Of a stretch of DNA of 33,154 nucleotides, positions 1-7,095 are shown one piece after another. The position numbers were made by a program, and so were the translations under genes. The notes beneath the pieces are model-generated. The model worked only from the letters and a program-made list of their open reading frames with translations. It ran no database searches and was not told the origin of the DNA. The DNA comes from a virus (taxonomy: Duplodnaviria; Caudoviricetes), in IMG/VR virus record IMGVR_UViG_3300046718_000614, positions 1 through 33,154 of that record; one strand, 5' to 3'. The stretch's first letter is position 1. Every line of letters begins with the position of its first letter.

Positions 1-127
1 GACAGCCAGGGGCTCGACAGCCAGGGGCTCGACAGCCAGGGGCTCGACAGCCAGGGGCTCGACAGCCAGGGGCTCGACAGCCAGGGGCTCGACAGCCAGG
101 GGCTCGACAGCCAGGGGCTCGACAGCC
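1..127. repeat. Perfect 15-bp tandem repeat (GACAGCCAGGGGCTC) x8 plus a partial copy, truncated by the window start
   Basis: Eight identical units at 1-120, then GACAGCC at 121-127; no spacers. Confidence 0.97.
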
Positions 128-143
128 GCCCGAGCGGACCCAA

Positions 144-201
144 ACTCACGGCGAAAAACTCACGGCGATTTTTGTCTTTACTCACGGCGAAACTCACGGC
201 G
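144..201. repeat. Four iteron-like direct repeats ACTCACGGCG
   Basis: Copies at 144-153, 158-167, 180-189 and 192-201. Confidence 0.9.
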
Positions 202-222
202 CCCACAGCAAAAGCATATACG

Positions 223-389
223 GTAACGGAGTAACGGTATTTCCCCTATTATAGTCTAGCTCTATATATATTCCTTTTTTGTCTCTTTTGTCTTTTATAC
301 ACCTATATATTTTCCAATATAATATATATTACCGTTACTCCGTTACTACCGTTACTAATATAAGATATAACACTAAATTAGTAACGGAG
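223..389. promoter_or_regulatory. Putative replication origin: AT-rich tract bracketed by 17-bp inverted repeats
   Basis: GTAACGGAGTAACGGTA (223-239) and its exact reverse complement (330-346) flank a very AT-rich segment; more GTAACGG/CCGTTAC units at 349-356 and 381-387; abuts the primase-helicase 3' end. The origin function is inferred. Confidence 0.55.
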
Positions 390-2805
390 AAAACTGACCG
401 TTCTGTTGCATATACGTATCCGTAAGTTCGTTATGATCCATTTGTCTGTAGCGCTCAGGACAACGAACAGCCCACATCCGCGTAATCGCTCCGTTCGGCA
501 GTTTTACCGTTACCCCGTTTCGCAATAATTCGCCTCCTAACCGCCGTAATATCGGACCCCATTTGTGTCCTGTTGGGACGTTGCTCAGGACCCGCCGGCC
601 GGCTCTCTCATAGGCGTCCTGCACGTCCCGAGACGTCATCAGATCGGGCCATATCCCATCCTCAATCTGCTCGCGCGTCCACGACGTCAGCTTGTCCTCG
701 GCCGCCAGGGTCATCACCCGCTTGCCCGGCGTCATCGGCGCCCGGCCCATCAACCGAGCCCGATCCACATTCGGCATCAACGCGTATCGTTGATGCAAAA
801 ACTCCCCGATCAGCTGCCAGCCGTCAGCCATCATCCACCCCTTCAGCGACGCATAACGGTCCTCTGGCCACGGCTTCATCCGCGACATGATCACAAAAAA
901 CCGTCGATCGCTCTCGGCCAGCGGCATCGCATCTGTCGCGTTCGATGTGATCGCCCACCCGCTGACATTTAGCGCACGGTAAGCCTTTCGATGTTTTTCG
1001 TTGATCTGCACTAACCGGGACGTGTTCTCCGTCCACGGTTTGATCGTCTCGTACACGTCATGCGCGGTCGTAGCCCCCCGCGTGTTCCGTTCCAGATCGC
1101 TTACCGAGACCAGTCGCCGCGCGGCGAACTCGTTAAACCCCGAGACGATCTCCTTCATCGACGGGGTTGCCGCATTGCGTGGCCCCAACACCTCCAGTAT
1201 CGGCCACAGCATCATATCCTTGCCGATCCCCTGCACCTCGCTCTGGATCATCAACCCCCATCCCGGCTTGATATCCGGCGATCCCACCATCAGGGCAAAC
1301 CAGTCCAATACCCACAGCGCCGCCTGTGCACCTTCGGACGCGCAGATCATCTCGACAAGGTCGAGCCACGGCCCAACGTCCTGTTCGGTCACCACACGTC
1401 CCGACAATGGTCGGGACGCGGCTATCCAGGTATTGGCCATCGGCACCCCGCTCTCGACAAACAACTCCCCACGCCCCGGCCAGTGCGTCTGTATGGTTGC
1501 TACCGGCCCATCCCCCGTCCCCAGGAACCACGCATGCGGCGTCATCGTCTTGGCGGTCTTGCCATCCATGTACCCCAGCCACGGCCGCAGATCCTTCCTG
1601 AACGACGAGTTGAAACTCTCCACCGGGATCAGTTCCAACGACAGCCGATCGAGATACTTATTCTCGGCCCGGATAAACACGTACTGGCTGACCATAACCT
1701 CGCGAAACAGAGGTGGATCGCCGTCCAAATCCCCCGTGTCCACGTCCCCCGCGTCCCCGCCGGCCGCAGAACCAGAGGCAGAGCTCACCGGAGAAAACAA
1801 CCCCCCGAACACCCCTCCCTCCCACAGCCCCGACTGATCCAGATAATCCTCCAGCCACCCCACCAATTCCTTGTATCCACGTCCCTGACAGTGGCCGTGA
1901 TGGCACTCGAACCCACCCTTCTCGGGAAAATACGCTGCCCCGGTCGAAGTCTTGACCGTGTGTTCGTCCTCCCACGGGCACACCACCTCGACCCCCAACC
2001 CCGATGAGGTCAACCCACGCACAAACCCCAACTCCAGAAGCTTCTTCCCGACCGGGTCGTCGCCGATCAGATCCAACACGGACTTACCGACCCGTTTACC
2101 CAGCCCTGAGCTCGACGACCTCTTTGCAGCAGGCAGATCCGCGGTCGCAACGCCACCACAAGCCACCTCGGCCGCGTCCCAGGACGCCAGCACCCCACGA
2201 GGATCATCGAGCGTCCCGACCTCGTCGTCACCCACCTCCGGCGAAAACACCACCGCGGTCGGATACCCGTCGGGTAAATAATCCTCCTTCCCGTTGGTCC
2301 CCGACGGCAGCCGCATCAGCCGGGTCAGCAACTTCCCGTCCTGGGACGCGGTCGTATCCCCCGCCCGCCGAACCATCATTACCAGCAGCCTGGCCAACCC
2401 CTCGTCGACCACCCCCTCACGAAACCGATAAAACCACTGTTGGTTGCCCGGTGAGGTCTCGATCACCCACCCCGGTGCCCCCAACCGATCCAGCAGCACC
2501 CCGCCATCCACCTTGCAGCCCGGCCCCGTCCCCACATCGTCGATCCCAAGCACCCACAAACTCTCAAAGTCCACGTCCTGCCGACGCGACCCCTTAAACA
2601 ACGAGACACAAAAGTAATTGTTGTTCTCAACCGCGGGCGGCCATAACCCAGCACCGCCCTTCGCCAGCACGTCGGCCCGCTCGGCGTGCCACGAATACCC
2701 CGGCACATCACGAGGCACCCCCTTAAAACTAACCACCATCACGCGCCCACGCTGGTCGCCAAACGCCCAGCGCAAAAACCGCGACGATAAATCGTTCATC
2801 TTCAT
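373..2805 (-). CDS. Primase-helicase: RepB-like AEP primase, Zn-binding domain and SF3 (DUF5906-like) helicase
   Basis: Primase motifs LGIDDVG, IETSPGNQQWFY and RLMRLPSGTN; Zn motif CPWEDEH...CHHGHC; Walker A QGIGKD; ITSN sensor. Start set at ATG 2805, which has GGGGAG upstream. Confidence 0.88.
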   Translation of the reverse strand: MKMNDLSSRFLRWAFGDQRGRVMVVSFKGVPRDVPGYSWHAERADVLAKGGAGLWPPAVENNNYFCVSLFKGSRRQDVDFESLWVLGIDDVGTGPGCKVDGGVLLDRLGAPGWVIETSPGNQQWFYRFREGVVDEGLARLLVMMVRRAGDTTASQDGKLLTRLMRLPSGTNGKEDYLPDGYPTAVVFSPEVGDDEVGTLDDPRGVLASWDAAEVACGGVATADLPAAKRSSSSGLGKRVGKSVLDLIGDDPVGKKLLELGFVRGLTSSGLGVEVVCPWEDEHTVKTSTGAAYFPEKGGFECHHGHCQGRGYKELVGWLEDYLDQSGLWEGGVFGGLFSPVSSASGSAAGGDAGDVDTGDLDGDPPLFREVMVSQYVFIRAENKYLDRLSLELIPVESFNSSFRKDLRPWLGYMDGKTAKTMTPHAWFLGTGDGPVATIQTHWPGRGELFVESGVPMANTWIAASRPLSGRVVTEQDVGPWLDLVEMICASEGAQAALWVLDWFALMVGSPDIKPGWGLMIQSEVQGIGKDMMLWPILEVLGPRNAATPSMKEIVSGFNEFAARRLVSVSDLERNTRGATTAHDVYETIKPWTENTSRLVQINEKHRKAYRALNVSGWAITSNATDAMPLAESDRRFFVIMSRMKPWPEDRYASLKGWMMADGWQLIGEFLHQRYALMPNVDRARLMGRAPMTPGKRVMTLAAEDKLTSWTREQIEDGIWPDLMTSRDVQDAYERAGRRVLSNVPTGHKWGPILRRLGGELLRNGVTVKLPNGAITRMWAVRCPERYRQMDHNELTDTYMQQNGQFSPLLI

Positions 2806-2900
2806 CTGAAGGCTCCCCAGCCAAAGACCAATCAAACGGTGTCGGTCGAAGTATCTTCACACAGCGACCGCCAAACCGCCAACACCCCCAACCCCCCGCC

Positions 2901-2930
2901 CTTGCATTTTCCCAGATATAGCGCTATATC
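2901..2930 (+). promoter_or_regulatory. Sigma70-type promoter overlapped by a perfect 16-bp palindrome (candidate operator)
   Basis: CTTGCA (2901-2906), 17-nt spacer, CTATAT (2924-2929) matches the alphaproteobacterial consensus; palindrome GATATAGCGCTATATC at 2915-2930. Confidence 0.65.
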
Positions 2931-2936
2931 GCCCCC

Positions 2937-3078
2937 TCGGGTGCTACCGCCTGTGACCCTTGTGTGACGCTTTCCCCAGCCAGCACGGTTCACAACTCAG
3001 GCGGTAGCCCCGGTTCGTCTAAGATGGTCCAAACTTTCATCGGCCCGACATCCTCCTTGGTTGTCGGGCCGATCTTTT
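2937..3078 (+). ncRNA. Candidate small RNA or structured leader
   Basis: Starts just after the promoter; stem GCTACCGCCTG/CAGGCGGTAGC (2943-2953/2998-3008) with inner pairing; ends in a 12-bp hairpin followed by a T-run. Confidence 0.5.
3039..3078 (+). terminator. Intrinsic terminator-like hairpin with TCCTCC in the loop
   Basis: ATCGGCCCGACA (3039-3050)/TGTCGGGCCGAT (3062-3073), loop TCCTCCTTGGT, then CTTTT. Confidence 0.6.
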
Positions 3079-3120
3079 CGTCGTATCCTACAGACACCGA
3101 CAACACAGGACGTGACCCCC

Positions 3121-3294
3121 ATGAATGGCACATCCGACCGCGAACAGCACAAAGAGCTCGCCCCCGGCCGCACCCCCCGCTCCGGCGCGATCGACGAGCG
3201 CACCTCCTCTTCCGGCTGGAGCGATATGCCGCCAGTCACCGAGCCCACCAAGCCGGCCGGCACTCCGCCGTCCCAGGGCGGCAGCAAGAAGTAA
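3121..3294 (+). CDS. Small hydrophilic hypothetical protein (57 aa)
   Basis: ATG at 3121 with CAGGA upstream; first of five tightly packed ORFs. Confidence 0.6.
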   Translation: MNGTSDREQHKELAPGRTPRSGAIDERTSSSGWSDMPPVTEPTKPAGTPPSQGGSKK

Positions 3295-3299
3295 TCCCG

Positions 3300-3530
3300 A
3301 TGCAAGTCGTCGACTGTGAAGCGCTCCGGCGCGAGATCAAACCGCTCGCCGATAAGCTGATGGCTCTTCGCCGGGCAGCCGACCACAGTAACGGAGAAGC
3401 GGTCGCCAACGTCATGCTGGCCTATCGCCACCTTGAAGACGCCTCGATGCGCCTCGGCAAGGCGATCCAGGCGCTCGATGGCGGGATCAGCGTCTACGAC
3501 ACGTCCCAGGTCCCAAAGAGCGCGGCGTGA
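3300..3530 (+). CDS. Helical-hairpin protein (76 aa), possibly Acb2/Tad1-like
   Basis: ATG 5 nt after the previous stop; two amphipathic helices; motif LAYRHLEDASMRL. The family call is tentative. Confidence 0.7.
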   Translation: MQVVDCEALRREIKPLADKLMALRRAADHSNGEAVANVMLAYRHLEDASMRLGKAIQALDGGISVYDTSQVPKSAA

Positions 3531-3742
3531 AAACCAAACTGCCCCCGGCTGTCGCCTCGCGGCTGCGTCGGCAGCAGAGCCGCTACGAGGACACCCCCAC
3601 CGATATCCGCGAAGATAAGCGCGGTGCCAAGCGCCTCGGCCTGACCCCGGCCCAGTACGAGCGCACCCCGCAAGACCGCCGTGAGGATGCCGCCGGCCAA
3701 CGCCGTCTAAACAGCCGTGGCAGCCCCACAGCCCGCAAATAA
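3527..3742 (+). CDS. Hypothetical charged protein with an internal duplication (71 aa)
   Basis: GTGA coupling to the upstream stop; YEDTPTDIRED/YERTPQDRRED repeat. Confidence 0.65.
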   Translation: MKTKLPPAVASRLRRQQSRYEDTPTDIREDKRGAKRLGLTPAQYERTPQDRREDAAGQRRLNSRGSPTARK

Positions 3743-3923
3743 AGAGGGACTACTCGCATCGGTCAGCGAAAAGCTGATCCGCGCTCTGCCGCCAGCTTTT
3801 CTTCTGCTCGTGCTGCTCAACATCGTTTTTCTCGGGGTGGCGTCCTACGTCTTCCAGCACAACACCCAAGCCAGAAACGAGATGATCCAGCGCATCATCG
3901 AAAATTGTCTAAAACGGGACTAA
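3717..3923 (+). CDS. Single-pass membrane protein (68 aa)
   Basis: Hydrophobic stretch LPPAFLLLVLLNIVFLGVASYVF followed by a polar helix. Confidence 0.7.
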   Translation: MAAPQPANKEGLLASVSEKLIRALPPAFLLLVLLNIVFLGVASYVFQHNTQARNEMIQRIIENCLKRD

Positions 3924-3924
3924 C

Positions 3925-4236
3925 GTGACTGAGGGCTTTCACTGCCCCAATTGCGGCCTGACCAAAACTCGCGTGGTCAACACCAAAGCCTGGTTGACCA
4001 ACCGCGCGTCGAGCATCGCCCGCCAGCGCAAGTGCTCGCGCTGCAACCAGATCTTTCACACTGTCGAGCGCCTGCATGAGCGCCCGGCCAGAAAGCTCAC
4101 CCCGCGCAAAGCCAGTCAGATCCGGGACGCGCACCACGCCGGCACGTCCCAAGCTTCGCTTGCGCGGTCCTATGGCGTCTCGCGCAAGACCATCTACAAC
4201 GTCGTCAACAACGATCAGTGGCTGTCCTTCACCTAG
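3925..4236 (+). CDS. NrdR-like zinc ribbon fused to an HTH; putative transcription regulator
   Basis: CPNC..TRVVNT..RQRKCSRC..FHTVE ribbon; HTH SQASLARSYGVSRKTIYNVV. Confidence 0.78.
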   Translation: MTEGFHCPNCGLTKTRVVNTKAWLTNRASSIARQRKCSRCNQIFHTVERLHERPARKLTPRKASQIRDAHHAGTSQASLARSYGVSRKTIYNVVNNDQWLSFT

Positions 4237-4580
4237 TCGGCTTTTCCGACAAAGCCGCAGATCGCGCAACGCTTAAGCTCGTCTGGCTGGCACGCGTCGC
4301 CGCTGGCGAGCGCCGACAAGCAGGGCGTCGATATTTTGCGGATCTCGTCGTCGCCCCAGACCTGCCCCGCGACCTCGGCGCACCTGAACACAAAATCCGC
4401 CACCTTACCGTCGAGGTTGTCACGCGAGATAAACGCTGCGAGCAGGAGGAGGGTGTTGACGAGTTCCGGCACCACCTCATGCGGCGTAGTACCGCCCGAA
4501 TACTCGTCCTGTATCCCAATGACCGCCTTTCCGATCTTCGCGAATAGATCAGCGCGGTCCTCAACCGTAAACAGCCTCAT
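4233..4580 (-). CDS. Hypothetical protein (115 aa)
   Basis: ATG with GAGGG upstream; globular composition; C-terminal CAIC. Confidence 0.6.
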   Translation of the reverse strand: MRLFTVEDRADLFAKIGKAVIGIQDEYSGGTTPHEVVPELVNTLLLLAAFISRDNLDGKVADFVFRCAEVAGQVWGDDEIRKISTPCLSALASGDACQPDELKRCAICGFVGKAD

Positions 4581-4646
4581 GCTCGCCCTCTAGTTGTCGT
4601 TGCTTGGGCGCGGACGCATCACTAGCCAAACCCACCAAAAACGCGG

Positions 4647-4811
4647 TCACGACGCGATCCGAACCGCGATCATCAGCACCACGGCCCAACCCACCCATGT
4701 CAACAACGATGCCAGCACCGCGATCAGCAGCCACGATGGCGGTCGCCACCGCGGCGGCCACCACCGCCGCGGTCGCGTCCCGTGAATAGCAAAGTTAACC
4801 GGTGTCTCCAT
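4647..4811 (-). CDS. Small membrane protein (54 aa), absent from the ORF track
   Basis: Manual translation METPVNFAIHGTRPRRWWPPRWRPPSWLLIAVLASLLTWVGWAVVLMIAVRIAS; starts 6 nt after the upstream stop. Confidence 0.5.
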   Translation of the reverse strand: METPVNFAIHGTRPRRWWPPRWRPPSWLLIAVLASLLTWVGWAVVLMIAVRIAS

Positions 4812-4817
4812 TTCCCA

Positions 4818-5018
4818 TCACCCCACTTTGCGGAAGATCCGGGCTAGCCGGCCGGTATATGACAACCAGAAGCCAAACACCCCGCCCAGCAGCCCGACCA
4901 GCAAGTTTAGCTCGTCGTTGTTCATCAGCTGGAAAGCCGACCAGAAAGCCGACCACAGCCCCGACACGACGATCGCACACACGATCGTCGTCAGAACTAC
5001 ACTCATCACCCGCATCAC
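4818..5018 (-). CDS. Two-TM membrane protein (66 aa)
   Basis: Coupled to the integrase stop; two hydrophobic segments and a basic C-tail. Confidence 0.6.
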   Translation of the reverse strand: MMRVMSVVLTTIVCAIVVSGLWSAFWSAFQLMNNDELNLLVGLLGGVFGFWLSYTGRLARIFRKVG

Positions 5019-6043
5019 CGGAACCGCCTGTTAGCCGCCCGATCCAGCGCGCTGTCGGCTTGATGGTGGGCGTAGTGCGCTTCCAGCGTGGCGTATGTGT
5101 CCCCAACGAGTTGGGATACATCGAACAACGACGTCCCGGCCCGCAGCGCCAGCGTGATAAACGTGTGCCGCATGGTGTGCGACGTGACCCACGGCCAGGG
5201 TGTGGTCTCTACAAACTTCTTAAAACTGGCCCCCATGTCGACCGCGTCAATGACGCGGCCCCAGCGCTCAGCTACCGGGATCGCATCCAATACCGGAAAC
5301 AATCGATCACAAATCGGCACCAGGACGCGGCGTTTATTGGTCACCTTCCGCTTCGGGTCACGGAAGTCGATCCGCCGCGCCTTCATGTCGATGCGGTCCC
5401 ATACCAGTTCCTCGATCGCCTCCTTGCGTGCCCCGGTGTTGAGCCCGATCGCCACAAACCGACCCACACGCGGCACCCGCCATGCCAGCGCCATCGCTAG
5501 AAACTTCTCTTCGCACACCTCGTCCAGAAACTTCTTCTCCGGATAGTGCACCGGCCCCATCGCGACCCGGGGAACCTCCCCCGCCGCGATCAGCCCGCCC
5601 TTGTCGGGGTGTGCTGCCCAGTTGAGCGCCGCCAACAGCGCGCCCACCTCGCGCTGTACTGTCGATGCGGCGGCCACCAAGCCCCGCTGAGCACGCCATT
5701 CCCGCAGTGGCTTCCCGCTGAGTTCCACAGGGCGCAGCCCACTCAGCGGGCTCTGCCGCCACCTGTCGAGCACCCAGTATTGCGACTGGTGCACCCCCCT
5801 CCTCCGAGCGTCGAGAAGATATTTATCGATGCACTCCCCTACCGTGGGGGTGGCAAACAGTTCCACCACGGCGTCCCGGCTTTTGAGCCACTGCCCAAAG
5901 ATGCTGTCGGCTATCGCCCGATCAGCCGTGCGCGTACTAAGGTTTCGGCTGCGCGTTTTGCCGCTGCCGCCGCCGCCGGGCTCACTCCACCTGATCTCCC
6001 AATATCCGCGGTCGTTTTGGGCCAAGTAAGGCTGTGTATACAT
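5015..6043 (-). CDS. int: Tyrosine recombinase / phage integrase
   Basis: Catalytic motifs TGARKEA (R), KVTNKR (K), HTMRH (HxxR) and EAHYAH (Y); N-terminal arm-binding-like beta domain. Start taken as ATG 6043; the frame is open to 6157. Confidence 0.92.
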   Translation of the reverse strand: MYTQPYLAQNDRGYWEIRWSEPGGGGSGKTRSRNLSTRTADRAIADSIFGQWLKSRDAVVELFATPTVGECIDKYLLDARRRGVHQSQYWVLDRWRQSPLSGLRPVELSGKPLREWRAQRGLVAAASTVQREVGALLAALNWAAHPDKGGLIAAGEVPRVAMGPVHYPEKKFLDEVCEEKFLAMALAWRVPRVGRFVAIGLNTGARKEAIEELVWDRIDMKARRIDFRDPKRKVTNKRRVLVPICDRLFPVLDAIPVAERWGRVIDAVDMGASFKKFVETTPWPWVTSHTMRHTFITLALRAGTSLFDVSQLVGDTYATLEAHYAHHQADSALDRAANRRFR

Positions 6044-6258
6044 AGTAGAAGGTCCTTTGCTTTGATCGTTATTGGTTTCCCCGGCATCCACGCTAGCTTG
6101 CCCGCCCGGCGCAGCCGTTGAATCTTCTTGACCGAGCACCGCATGATTTGAGCGCATTCACCCTGCGTCAGCAGAGCGCGCATCGGGACGCGCTCCAGCG
6201 TCTCGCTTGAGTGCCCGGCCAATATCCTTAAGAGCTCGGCGTTGCGGATGCGTGTCAC
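5911..6258 (-). CDS. Excisionase-like HTH protein
   Basis: LLTQGECAQIMRCSVKKIQRLRRAGKL pattern, directly upstream of the integrase; start uncertain. Confidence 0.75.
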   Translation of the reverse strand: MTRIRNAELLRILAGHSSETLERVPMRALLTQGECAQIMRCSVKKIQRLRRAGKLAWMPGKPITIKAKDLLLCIHSLTWPKTTADIGRSGGVSPAAAAAAKRAAETLVRARLIGR

Positions 6259-6440
6259 TTAAAGCACCCCACACGTAATCGCGGATATCAAAGACCAGCG
6301 ACCCTCGCGGAGCACTTCAGCCTCCGTGTCGATGAGGCGCGTGATCAGAATAGCTAGGTCAGCATTCACATGATCCGGTCATCGACCTTCAGCCGTGCCG
6401 TGCCATCCGCGAGAAGCTCTAACTTTATCTCACCCGTCAT

Positions 6441-6998
6441 TCATTCATCCCCCTCGGCTTCTTCGCGTTCTATCTGTCGTTGGCGCACCTTTTCGTAGAG
6501 CGCCAAAAACTCCTGCGCATCGGCTAACGGGCAAACCAAGTTCAACGAGATTTGCATCCACCCCGGCCGGCCGAACACGGAAACCATATTGATTTCGACC
6601 TGATGGGCTCGTGTGCGCGTCAACGGGCGTGCGGCCATTTCTTCCGCCCCTAGCAAGTCCTCGGTCGTGCAACCAAGCGCGGCAGCGATTTTATTAAGGT
6701 TGTCGGTCTCCGGTATCCCTGCCCCGGCTAGATATGCTGAGATCCGATCCCGGTTGCGGGCGACCTCGTAGCCCCGTTTATCCTTGACCGTGCCCCACAC
6801 CTCGCGGGCCAAGTCACTTTGCTTCATGCCTTTGGCTTGCATCAACCGCGCTAAATTATCGGCAAAATCCTTTTGTATTTTGACCATTTCCGCGCTGGGT
6901 GGCGTCTTGAGGCGCATCATCGCCGTCAATGCCGTCGTGTTGGTTTTTCCGCTGCCGTAAGATGCGTCGATAACAGCGGTGTGCATGATGGGTTCCAT
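6441..6998 (-). CDS. XRE-family HTH regulator, probable phage repressor
   Basis: FADNLARLMQAKGMKQSDLAREV...ISAYLAG..P...NLNKIAAALGCTTEDLL; divergent from the replication genes; start uncertain. Confidence 0.85.
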   Translation of the reverse strand: MEPIMHTAVIDASYGSGKTNTTALTAMMRLKTPPSAEMVKIQKDFADNLARLMQAKGMKQSDLAREVWGTVKDKRGYEVARNRDRISAYLAGAGIPETDNLNKIAAALGCTTEDLLGAEEMAARPLTRTRAHQVEINMVSVFGRPGWMQISLNLVCPLADAQEFLALYEKVRQRQIEREEAEGDE

Positions 6999-7095
6999 GT
7001 TTGGTTGTTGTCGTTTAGACTGGTGTCGTGTCGTGTCCTTTGTGCTGCTACTACGTTTTTGTCTTGTTGTCGATGGTTTTTTCGGGGTTCTCATC

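Noticed and set aside
1-201. CRISPR array
   Set aside because: The 15-bp units are head-to-tail with no unique spacers, and the 10-bp repeats are too short and irregularly spaced
2937-3020. tRNA gene
   Set aside because: GGTTC occurs, but there is no cloverleaf, proper T-arm or acceptor end; it folds as a long nested hairpin
2964-3299. 188-aa version of the ORF ending at 3530
   Set aside because: The upstream part overlaps the RNA hairpins and the 57-aa ORF; the ATG at 3300 is the more plausible start
3717-3923. Lysis cassette (holin)
   Set aside because: A single TM helix alone is insufficient, and no endolysin or spanin is adjacent
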